Shown one piece after another: positions 40,122 through 51,436 of a stretch of 64,000 bases of DNA. Position 1 is the first letter of the stretch; each line of letters opens with the position of its first letter. The notes beneath the pieces were generated by a model. The model saw only the letters and a program-made list of their open reading frames with translations. It did not search any database and was not told the origin of the DNA. This DNA comes from Squalus acanthias (lineage: Eukaryota): assembly GCA_030390025.1 (NCBI GenBank), contig CM059432.1, positions 56,608,001 to 56,672,000 on the forward strand. The letters run 5' to 3'. The translations under genes and the position numbers were made by a program.

Positions 40122-41813
40122 GGGCCAAATCTTCCTGGAAAAATAACGACAAGTTCATGACGCACACCATTATTAATGTGCAAATTGGCCAGCTAGTTCA
40201 GGGGAAGAAGAGATATGCTGGGAGTTGCGAATCTCCAGAACTTGCTGGTCGATTTACTTCGCCCAAATGGCATCTCGCCCTTGGCTTCCCCGTTATTTTT
40301 AAGAACTTGCTGGATTTGCACATTATTAGCCGATTAAACTCACCGCAGAAAGATGGGGCTTATAATTAACAGCAAAAGTACCCTTTGAACAACGTGATAA
40401 TTGTCAATGCAATGCCAATCAATCTGTCCGGCCCAGGGAGCAAATTAAACTGTTGAGTCTCATTCCTGCATGCAGTAAACGATCCTCAGAGATTTTTAAA
40501 AATTTAAAATTTCAATTTTTTGCTTACTTTTCCTTTCTGTATCTTTCTCTCTCTCTCTCTCTCTCTCTCTCAATCCAATTTTTGTTTCCCTATCTTTGGG
40601 GGTAACTTTAACCCAAAAAAACGGGTGGGTTGTGGGTCGGTTGGCAGTAAGTGTTAAAAATCAGAATCAGGACCAGAACCAGCCTCCAACTTGCCCACTT
40701 CCGGTTTTAACAGAGGCGGGATGGGGGGCGGCAGCCAACCCACTCCCAGGAGGCGGGACGCCCATTTAATTATTAAACGAGGTCTCAGATTTAACCACCA
40801 TTTTAAATTTAACTCTGGCTGGTCGGGTTTTGCAGGCCTCCAGAAAGCCGCCAGCTAATGGAAGGCGAGGACTGCAGGATCCAGGAGGTAAGTGCCTTTA
40901 CACTTACCTCCTGGATCCCGCATCCCTGCCTAACCCACCCCTCGAAATCGGAGACCCCATGCCCCCCATGAGGCCTCCGATTTCCCCGCCTCCCCCAACA
41001 CGGCCTCCGAATTCCCCCCCCCCCCCTCCACCGATGCTCCTCCGACCTACCCAATGTCGTCTGCCCTCCCCTAACCCCCCCCCCCCCCCCCCCACAACCC
41101 CCGATCGATCCTCCTCCGGCCCCCCACACGATCCTCCTCCAGCCCCCCCGTGATGATCCCCTAGCACCCATGTGATCCGCCTCCGGCCCCCCGATAAGGC
41201 CCCGGACCGCCAATCAGTCCCTGGCCTCCACGCGATGCTCTTCCGGCCCCCAGATCAGCTCCAGCCTCCACGCGATCCTCCTCTGGCTCCCCGATCAGCC
41301 CCAGGCCCCTACGCAATGCTCCTCCGGCCCCCATGCGATTACTCCCTCCCCCCTCCTCTCCGCGGCCTAGTGCTGCAGGCCTACCCACCTGCAACCTCTC
41401 CATCTGGCTGGCTGTGGGTGGGAAACGGAGGTTTCAAATGCACATCCGGCCCTAACATTAAATTAGGCAGGGCCTGCAGGGAAATCTGTTCTCCTGGGTT
41501 TCCCAACCGCTCCCAACCCGCCATAGTATTAAAATTCAGGCCTTTATTTCTTTCTATGCCTGATTCGACTCTAATTCACCCACTCTAATTTATCCTCCTT
41601 GTCCCTCATTCCTCTGTTTCTATCTTATTCCTTAAATCTCATTGGTTAAGGAGATACACTATTGTTCCTGTCGTTCACTAAGGTTCCAGATGCTGTGTTA
41701 TCCTTGCAGATCCAGCAGTTATGGTGCAAATCATATTCAAACTGAAGGATGCTAGAAAAAGACTAACTAACGGAGCATGCTGCGAGATTCCCCACTCCAG
41801 CAAGATTTGGCCC
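40122..41813. mobile_element. Harbinger-like MITE, family E (outer element of a nested pair)
   Basis: 18-bp TIR gggccaaatcttcctgga / tccagcaagatttggccc (1 mismatch) and TAT TSD. Confidence 0.88.
40598..41542. mobile_element. Harbinger-like MITE, family F, nested, with C-rich internal repeats
   Basis: ttt|gggggtaactttaa ... ttaaaattcaggcc|ttt, with internal cgatcctcctcc-type repeats. Confidence 0.75.
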
Positions 41814-43455
41814 TATGTTTTAAAAAAAAAAAAATTGCCTGTATGTTTGATCTCACAGCAGCTTTGCTGCACTGCTGTTAATTAAAGACATCAAGAGTTT
41901 CTTGTTTTTTCTCATTGCACCTTTATCCTAAATTCATTGTAAATCACCACTTTGGATTATTATACATTGTCTCATATGTACAGTGTAATAGAGCAGAACT
42001 GATAATGTAAAGGTATGGTGGGATTTAAAGGTCATATAAATTGATTACTTAAAGATCGATTCTTCAATTTGTCACTTCAGTAACCCTGTAATGAGAAGGT
42101 GTATTTTTTCCAAGAATTCCATCAGTTTATGTTCCCAGTGTTAAAATTAGTCAACATAACATTACATGTGTACATTTCGGCAATATTGGGACACAACATA
42201 TATATTGATGCATAGTCTCAGGACACAGTGCATATGATCAATCTCAGGACATTGTGAAATGAGTCTTGATGTATGTGATGCTCTGCTGTTTTATCTATTC
42301 CATCAACATTTCTTTCTTTCTTATTTCACCATATTGGACCATTAAATGACCTAAATTTGTTGTGAACAAAAAAAGTTAGAAAGCCGTGTTAAACCTATTT
42401 TTCCCAATTTGTAAACTCAAATTGGAAGATCTTACTTATGGGTTAAAACACCCAAGTGCTTTTATGGACTGTAATACTAGCTTTAAAATAAATGTGTTAA
42501 CTCTTTGCGATGTTTCTCGTTTTCTACTTTGTTTTAAATCCCCTGACTCTGCTTTTCCTGGCAATCAATGCAGTGCACGTCATAGCAAGGTGGCAATTTC
42601 AGAGCTATCTGACTGCAGGGAGACACAGGCCGTTTATCCTGTTTTTGTCAGTGAGTGCGCTGTAGCCAGAAAGCTAAGACAGGGAATGTGGCATACTGAT
42701 TGTGTAATGCTGCTACATCCATCTTTTTATAGTGGATTCATAATACCACTACCTGTGATCTTCCAGTTTTGTTTATAATTGCACAGTTGCCAGCCAAGAA
42801 GACGGCAAACCACCTGTAGTTTATTACGAATTGACATGTACACTGACAAATCTTTCATTTACATATATATTAAATCAAGTACTACATTCTTCAGGTGAGA
42901 TGAATGTTATCGCAGTCAGCATTTTTTTTATTGATAAGAAATTTATTTGAGCTAATATGCCGAATCAGCAATTTTTTCTTTTTTTAGCTCTATGTTGTCA
43001 CTGAGAGAACTGAGTAAACTGTATCTTGCAAATGTAATTCAAAGATGGGATTGGGGAGGGGGAAGGATGAGAACACTTTATTATTTTGTATCACAGTAGC
43101 TTGGCACTAAAATGTGCATTGCCGTGGAGCATATTCCGGACTAGCTCAGTTGATAAAAGAAGCATGTAACTAATTCACGTAGGCCTGGAAGATCCCAGGC
43201 TCAATCTCTGGCGTGCTGAGTTAGTTGATCTCAGATGGGCCCGCAGTAGAAATACTACAGTAATGCCTCAGTACCTTGAATTAAGGAGCAGAAAATCAAC
43301 AAGGTTTCCTGCTCTTGATCATTATTCTGTATATTCTGGGTATTCTGTGTGCTTGTATTAATGTTCATGATGCGGAGATGCCGGTGTTGGACTGGGGTGG
43401 ACAAAAGTGAGAAGTCGCACAACACCAGGTTATAGTCCAACAGCTTTATTTGAAA

Positions 43456-43492
43456 TCACAAGCTTTCGGAGCGCTGCTCCTTCATCAGGTGA
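43456..43492 (-). ncRNA. Minimal hammerhead ribozyme motif (mirror copy)
   Basis: Exact reverse complement of 43548-43584. Confidence 0.85.
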
Positions 43493-43547
43493 AGTGAAGA
43501 AATACAAATGAAGAAATATATGCTGTGCCCATTTGTATTTCTTCACT

Positions 43548-43584
43548 TCACCTGATGAAGGAGCAGCGCTCCGAAAGCTTGTGA
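43548..43584 (+). ncRNA. Minimal type I hammerhead ribozyme motif
   Basis: UCAC-CUGAUGA-A-GGAGC-agc-GCUCC-GAAA-GC-UU-GUGA: intact core, 5-bp stem II, stem I UCAC/GUGA, and palindromic AGCU in place of stem III. Confidence 0.85.
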
Positions 43585-44195
43585 TTTCAAATAAAGCTGT
43601 TGGACTATAACCTGGTGTTGTGCGACTTCTCACTTTTGTATTAATGTTGGATGAGGAATGGGTTATCTTTGGCTGGGATGCCATATCCTTTGAAACAGCT
43701 TGCTAATACTCTGTGTTTAAACTTACACATGAAAATTGGCCATTTGGGTCAGGCACTAAAGGCTGTCCAGGAGAGATGGGGAGAAATTTTGAACTGGAGA
43801 AAAATAAATTATCTGTCTATACATAGTGAGTCTTGCATTTAGTGTGTGTATATTCAGAATATGTGTCACACTTGCATCTGATTGACTGACTGAAATATAA
43901 TATTGAAAGCAGCACAAATCACAAGGGAACAGATGGAAAACCTAACAGTGAGCAAGTTCCTTCATCGTTGCTGGGTCAAGATCCTGGAACTCCCTGCCTA
44001 ACATCACTGTGGGAGTACCTACACCATATGAACATAAGAAATAAGAGCAGGAGTAGGCCATACGGCCCGTCAAGCCTGCTCCGCCATTCAATAAGATCAT
44101 GGTTGATCATCGACCTCTACTCCATTTTCCTGCCCGATCTCCATATCCCTTGATTACCCTAGAGTCCAAAAATCTATCTATCTTAGCCTTGAATA

Positions 44196-45678
44196 GAAGA
44201 ACATAAGAAATAGGAGCAGGAATAGGCCACTTGGTCCCTCGAGCCTGCTCCGCCATTCAATAAGATCATGGCTGATCTTGGGGCACAAAGCCACTTCCCT
44301 GCCCACTCCCCATAACCCTTTACTCCCTTATCTTGTAAAAATCTGTCTATCTCCACCTTAAATGTATTTAATGACCCAGCCTCCACGGCTCTCTGGGGCA
44401 GAGAATTCCACAGATTTACGACCCTCTGAGAAAAGAAATTCCTCCTCATCTCAGTTCTAAAAGGGCAACCCTTTATTCTGAAACTATGCCCCCGAGTTCT
44501 AGATTTCCCCACGAGGGGAAACATCCTCTCTGCATCTACCTTGTCGAGCCCCCTCAGTATCATATGTTTCAATAAGATCACCTCTCATTCTTCTAAATTC
44601 CAATGAGTATCGGCCCAACCTTTCTTCATAAGTCAACCCCCTCATCTCAGGAGTCAACCATGTGACTCGTCTCTGAACTGCCTCCAATGCAAGTATATCC
44701 TTCCTTAAATAAGGAGGCCAAAACTGTACGCAGTACTCAAGGTGTGGTTTCACCATTACCCTGTACAGTTGTAGCAGGACTTCCCTGCTTTTATACTCCA
44801 ACCCCCTTGCAATAAAGGCCAACATTCCATTTGCCTTTTTGATTACTTGCTGCACCTGCATGCTAACTTTTTGTGTTTCATGCACAAGGACCCCCAGGTC
44901 CCTCTGAACTGTAGCATTTTGTAATCTCTCTCCATTTAAATAATAATTTGCTTTTTTATTTTTCCTGCCAAAGTGGATAACCTCACAATTTCCCACATTA
45001 TACTCCATCTGCCAAATGTTTGCCCACTCACTTAGCCTGTCTATATCCCTTTGTAGATTCTTTGAGTCCTCTGCACAACTTGCTTTCCCATACATCTTTG
45101 TATCATCCGCAAACTTGGCAACATTACACTCGGTCCCTTCATCCAAGTCATTAATGTAGATTGTAAATAGTTGAGGCCCCAGCACCGATCCCTGTGGCAC
45201 CCCACTAGTTACCATTTGCCAACCGGAAAATGACCCATTTATCCCGACTCTCTGCTTTCTGTTAGTGAGCCAATTCTCTATCCATGCTAATATATTACCC
45301 CCAACTCCGTGAGCTCTTATCTTATGCAGTAACCTTTTATGTGGCACCTTATCGAATGCCTCCTGGAAATCCAAATACACCACATCCACTGGCTCACCCT
45401 TATCCACCCTGCTCGTTACATCCTCAAAGATCTCCAGCAAATTTGTTAAACATGATTTCCCTTTCATAAAACCATGTTGACTCTGCTTGACTGCATTATG
45501 ATTTTCAAAATGCCCTGCTACTGCTTCCTTAATGAAGAACTCCAGCATTTTCCCAACGACAGATGTTAGGCTAACTGGTCTATAGTTTCCTGCTTTCTGT
45601 CTCCCTCCTTTCTTAAATAGGGGTGTTACATTTGCGGTTTTCCAATCCGCTGGGACCTCTCCAGAGTCCAGGGAATTT
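44196..45678 (-). mobile_element. CR1 copy Y, inserted in X in the same orientation
   Basis: Has its own tail at 44196 and a continuous RT (QHGF, DFQEAFDKV, KFADD). Confidence 0.88.
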
Positions 45679-46146
45679 CTCAAAGACTCAGCAAGCACAG
45701 CCCTCTGGGGCAGAGAATTCCAAAGATTCACAACCCTCTGAGTGAAGAAATTCCTCCTCATCTCAGTCTTAAATGGTCTACCTCTTATCCTGAGACTATG
45801 CCCCCGAGTTCGAGACACTCCAGCCAGGGGAAACAACCTCTCGGCATCTACCCTGTCAATCCTCTTCAGAATCTTGTATGTTTCAATGAGATCACCTCTC
45901 ATTCTTCTAAACTCCAGAGAGTATAGGCCCATTCTACACAATCTCTCATCATAGGACAGCCCTCTCATTCCAAGAATCAATCTAGTGAACCTTCGTTGCA
46001 CCGCCTCCAAGGCAAGTATATCCTTCCTTAGATAAGGAGACCAAAACTGTGCACAGTACTCCAGGTGTGGTCTCACCAAGGCCCTGTACAATTGTAGCAA
46101 GACTTCCTTACTCTTATACTCCAACCCCCTTGCAATAAAGGCCAAC

Positions 46147-48960
46147 GGAATAAGGTAGGAGAACTTGGAGCATGGATTGGTACTTGGGACTACGATGTGG
46201 TGGTCATTACGGAGACATGGTTAGAACAGGGACAGGAATGGTTGTTGGAAGTTCCGGGGTATAGATGTTTCAGTAAGAGTAGGGAAGTTGGTAAGAAAGG
46301 TGGAGGAGTAGCATTGTTAATCAAGGATAGTTTAACAGCGGCAGAAAGGCAGTTCGAGGGGGATCTGCCGTCTGAGGTAATATGGGCTGAAGTTAGAAAT
46401 AGGAAAGGAGCGGTCACGTTGTTAGGAGTTTTCTACAGGCCCCCAAATAGTAATAAAGATGTGGAGGAAGAAATTGCAAAGCAGATTATGAATAGGTGTG
46501 GAGGTCACAGAGTAGTTGTCATGGGTGACTTCAACTTTCCAAATATTGATTGGAACCTTTATAGGTCAAACAGTTCGGATGGGATAGTTTTTGCACAGTG
46601 TGTGCAGGAGGGTTTCCTGACACAATATGTGGATAGGCCGACAAGAGGTGGGGCCACGTTGGATTTGGTACTGGGTAATGAACCGGGCCAAGTGTTTGAT
46701 TTGTATGTGGGAGAGCACTTTGGAAATAGTGACCACAATTCGGTAACTTTCACAATTGCAATGGAGAGGGATAGGGCCATACGGCAGGGCAGGGTTTATA
46801 ATTGGGGGAGGGGTAATTATGATGCGATTAGGCAAGAATTAGGGAGTATAAGATGGGAACAGAAACTATCAGGGAAAGGCACAAACGAAAAGTGGAGCTT
46901 TTTCATGGAGCAATTACTGCGTGTCCTTGATAGGTATGTCCTGTCAGGCAGGGAGGAAATGGCCGAGTGAGAGAACCATGGTTCACAAAAGAGGTTGAAT
47001 GTCTCGTCAAGAGGAAAAAGGAAGCGTATGTAAGGATGAGAAAACAAGGTTCAGTTGGGTCGATTGAGGGGTACAAGGTAGCAAGGAATGAGCTAAAAAA
47101 AGAGCTTAGGAGAGCTAGGAGGGGGCATGAGAAGTCCTTGGCGGGTCGGATCAAGAAAAACCCCAAGGCTTTTTACTCTTATGTGAGAAATAAAAGAATG
47201 ACCAGGGTGAGGGTAGGGCCGGTCAAGGACAGTAGTGGGAACTTGTGCATGGAGTCAGAAGAGATAGGAGAGGTGATGAATGAATACTTTTCGTCAGTGT
47301 TCACCGAGGAGAGGGGCCATGTTCTTGAGGATGAGAGTGTGATAAAGGTGGATAGGCTGGAGGTGGTAGATGTTCTGAGGGAAGATGTTTTAGCAATTTT
47401 GAAGAACCTGAGGGTCGATAAGTCCCCTGGGCCAGATGGGATATATCCTAGGATTCTTTGGGAGGCAAGGGTGGAGATTGCAGAGCCTCTGGCTTTGATC
47501 TTTGGGTCCTCACTGTCCACGGGGATGGTGCCAGAGGACTGGAGAGTGGCGAATGTTGTTCCTCTCTTCAAGAAAGGAAATAGGAATGACCCTGGTAATT
47601 ATAGGCCGGTTAGTCTTACTTCGGTGGTTGGTAAGATAATGGAAAAGGTCCTGAGGGATAGGATTTATGACCATTTGGAAAGGGGCAACTTAATCAGGGA
47701 TAGTCAACACGGATTCGTGAAGGCTAAGTCTTGCCTAACAAATTTGATTGAATTCTTTGAGGAGTAGATGAAGGTAGAGCAGTTGATGTCGTATACATGG
47801 ATTTTAGTAAGGCGTTTGATAAGGTTCCCCATGGTCGTCTCATGAAGAAAGTAAGGAGTTGTGGGATAGAGGGAAATTTGGCCGATTGGATAAGTAACTG
47901 GCTATCTCATAGAAGGCAGAGGGTGGTGGTGGATGGAACATTTTCGGACTGGAGACCAGTTACCAGCGGTGTGCCACAAGGGTCGGTGCTGGGTCCTCTG
48001 CTGTTTGTGATTTTTATCAATGACTTGGAGGAGGGGACTGAAGGGTGGATCAGTAAATTTGCTGATGACACCAAGATTGGTGGAGCAGTGGATGAGGTGG
48101 AGGGCAGTTGTAGGCTGCAAAGAGACATTGATAGGATGCAGAGCTGGGCCGAAAAATGGCAGATGGAATTTAACCCTGATAAGTGCGAGGTGATTCATTT
48201 TGGTAGGGCAAATTTGAATAAGGATTACAGGGTCAACGGCAGGGTTCTGAGGAACGTGGAGGAGCAGAGGGATCTGGGGGTTCATATCCACAGATCTCTG
48301 AAGGTTGCCACTCAAGTGGATAGAGCAGTAAAGAAGGCCTATGGTGTGTTGGCGTTTATTAACAGAGGGTTTGAGTTTAAGAACCGTGGGGTTATGCTGC
48401 AACTGTACAGGACCTTGGTGAGACCACATTTGGAATATTGTGTGCAGTTCTGGTCACCTCACTATAGGAAGGACGTGGAAGCATTGGAAAGAGTACAAAG
48501 GAGATTTACCAGGATGCTGCCTGGTTTGGGGGGGAGGTCTTATGAGGAAAGATTGAGGGAGTTGGGGCTTTTCTCTTTAGAGCGGAGGAGGATGAGAGGC
48601 AACTTAATAGAGGTTTATAAGATGATGAGGGGGATAGATAGAGTGGATGTTCAGAGACTATTTCCTCGGGTAGAGGCAGCTGTTACAAGGGGGCATAACT
48701 ATAAGGTGCATGGGGGGAGATATAGAAGGGATGTCCGAGGTAGATTCTTTACTCAGAGAGTGGTTGGGGTGTGGAATGGACTGCCTGCTGTGATAGTGGA
48801 GTCGGACACTTTAGGAACTTTCAAGCGGTTATTGGATAAGCACATGGAGCACACCAGAGTGATAGGGAGTGTGATAGCTTGATCTTGGTCTCGGACAATG
48901 CTCGGCACATCATCGAGGGCCGAAGGGCCTGTACTGTGCTGTACTGTTCTATGTTCTATG
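46147..48960 (+). mobile_element. Young CR1 copy Z (EN plus RT, two frame breaks), inserted in X in the opposite orientation
   Basis: ITETWL, YRPPN, GDFN and SDH endonuclease motifs. RT at 47797-48882. (gttctat)2 tail. Confidence 0.94.
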
Positions 48961-50212
48961 CCATTTGCCTTCCTTATTGCTTGCTGTACCTGCATGCTAG
49001 CTTTCTGTGTTTCTTGCACGAGGACACCCAAATCTCTCTGAACACCAACATTTGAAAGTTTCTCACCATTTAAAAAATATTCTGTTTTTCTATTCTTCCT
49101 GCCAAAGTGAATAACCTCACATTTCCCTACATTATACTCCATCTGCCACCTTACTGCCCACTCACTTAGTCTATCTATATCCCTTTGCAGAATCTTTGTG
49201 TTCTCCTCACAGGTTACTGTCCCACCTAGCTTTGTATCATCAGTAAACTTGGATACATTACACTCGGTTCCCTTCATCTTGGTCATTAATATAGATTGTA
49301 AATAGCTGAGGCCCCAACACTGATCCTTGCGGCACCCCACTAGTTATAGCCTGCCAACCTGAAAAAGATCTGTTTATCCCTACTCTCTGTTTTCTGTCCG
49401 TAACCAATCCTCTATCCCTGCTACTATATTACCCCCAACCCCATGAGCCCTAATCTTGTGTAATAACCTTTTATGTGGCACCTTATCAAATGCCTTTTGG
49501 AAATCCAAATATACTACATCCACTGGTTCCCCTTTATCTACCCTGCTAGTTACATCCTCAAAAAAACTCTAATAAATTTGTCAAACACGATTTCCCTTTC
49601 ATAAAACCATGTTGTGACTCTGCCTAATGATGTTATGATTTTCCAAGTACCCTGATACCACTTCCTTAACAATGGTTTCCAGCATTTTCCCGATGACTGA
49701 TGTCAGGCTAACTGGCCTGTCGTTCCCTGTTTTTTCTCTCCCTCCTTTCTTGAATAGCGGTGTTACATTTGCGACCTTCCAATCCGGTGGGACCATTCTA
49801 GAATCTAGGGAATTTTGGAAGATCAAAACCAATGCATCCACTATCTCTTCAGCCACCTCTTTTAGAACCCTAGGATGTAGGCCGTCAGGTCCAGGGGATT
49901 TGTCAGCTTTTAGTCCCATTAGTATCTCTAGTACTTTTTTTCTACTTATATTAATTATGTTAAGTTCCCCACCCTCATTAGACCCTTGGTTCCCCACCCC
50001 ATGGACTGCAGCAGTTCAAGAAGGCGGCTCACAACCACCTTCTCAAGGGCATTTCGGGATGGGCAATAAATGCTGGTCTTGCCAGTGACACCCATATCCC
50101 GTGAATGAATAAATAAAAAAAATTAAGAAGTGGCATCTTTAATTCTGTTTTATGATTTTTTTTTTTTAAAGACAGTCATGAGTCATGTCTTGCTGGTCTA
50201 TATCAAGAGAAT

Positions 50213-51436
50213 GAAAGAAATAAAGACTTGTATGACTACATTTTAAAGCGTTTTTCAAGACCTCAATGTCCCCAAGTGCTTTACAACCAATGAAATACTT
50301 TGTTTTTGAAGTGTAATCACTGTTGTAATGTATGAGAGGCGGCAGCCAATTTGCGCACAGCAAGGTCCCACAGGCAGCAATGAGATAATGACCAGATAAT
50401 CTGTTTTACTGATGTTGGTTGAGGTATAGATATTGGCAAGTACAGTGGGAGAACTCCTCTGCTCCTCTTCGAATAGTGCTACAGGTTCTTTTACGTCCAC
50501 CTGAGAGGGGCGATGGCACCTCGGTTTCACGTCTCGTCCAAAAGCCGGCATTCCAACAATGCAGCACTCCTTCTGTACTGCACTGAAGTGCCAGCCTAGA
50601 TACTGGCCCAGAAATTGATCTCGCTCTGTTCCCGCGGGGGTAAGGAGCAGGCGCGATCTCTCACTCCGCGTTGGCTTTTTCAGATCCAGCTCGCACGAAC
50701 TTGATGTTCCAGATATCAGCTGGGCAGTGCTTGCGTATCCCACCGGCGTAGTGAATTCGTGCGAGCTGTGGGATCACGTGACTCAGTTAGAGCCAATGGC
50801 AGCACACCATCTTCCATTCATAAGTTTCACATACATGCTGTGAAAGCTATGAATCTTACACCCCCCCAAAATAACAGCTAATCCTCAATTAAATTAAAAA
50901 AGAACCATCACATTAATAAAATAAGTATAGTTAAATAAATTAACCATTTTAAATAAAAAATTAAATTTTTGAAAAAATTTAAAATCTTTTTAAAAAGTTA
51001 TAAAAATAAACTTACCTGTCTTTAAAGTCTCTAAAAAAGATATACCTGTTAAAAAAAATTCAAAAAAATACTTAATTCACTACTTACCTTGTTAAAAGTG
51101 GGTCTTACTCCTCCTTTTTCCATTTCTAAAATCTTCCGTCCTTACCTGCGCGTCCAAAGCACTAAGTGCACAGCGTGCGCGCAGCCTGTAGCGCGCACGC
51201 GATGCACCGAGGAACCGCCTCCTTTTCCAAAGACCAAGTGCCGGTTTTCAGCGCATGCGCAGGGCATGCAGAAAACCGGCAATTGGAGAGAGAATACGCG
51301 AGAGTACGCAGTGCATACTCTCGCGCAGCGGGATCAATTTTTGGCCCTATGTGCTTAAGTCTTGGGAGTGCGACATGAAACCACAACCTTCGGAATCAGT
51401 GGCGAGAGGGCTACCACTGAGACACGGCTGACACCT
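50213..51436 (-). mobile_element. Deu-domain SINE, interrupted by a family D MITE
   Basis: The SINE rejoins as cagcctagat|tatgtgcttaagtc. tRNA-like head at 51.36-51.43 kb. Confidence 0.85.
50605..51347. mobile_element. Harbinger-like MITE, family D
   Basis: TIR ggcccagaaattgatc / gatcaatttttggccc. Homologous to 38717-39459. Confidence 0.88.

Larger units (their letters stand above)
43366..43639. mobile_element. Penelope-like element remnant: inverted pLTR pair plus a ~35-nt tail
   Basis: 110-bp arms at 43401-43510 and 43530-43639. TSD ttgtattaatgtt at 43353-43365 and 43636-43648. Confidence 0.88.
43135..43775 (+). mobile_element. Ancient tRNA-derived SINE (AmnSINE2-like), interrupted by the Penelope hairpin
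   Basis: A-box-like tagctcagttg, B-box-like aggctcaatctc, and body gtgctgagttagttgatctcag...tcctgctcttgatc...cacatgaaaattggcc. Family name is from recall only. Confidence 0.55.
44027..49994 (-). mobile_element. CR1 copy X in pieces (44027-44195, 45679-46146, ~48958-49994)
   Basis: The pieces rejoin as ccttgaata|ctcaaagactcagc and aaggccaac|atgccatttgcc. X itself interrupts a short LINE 3' end (43960-44026 and 49995-50112). Confidence 0.85.

Noticed and set aside
40809..41588. Pro/Gly-rich ORFs
   Set aside because: Low-complexity C-rich MITE interior, open in several frames on both strands.
44499..46145. 548-aa ORF as a domesticated RT gene
   Set aside because: It is explained by in-frame nesting of two CR1 copies. 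It has no EN domain and ends in a frameshift.
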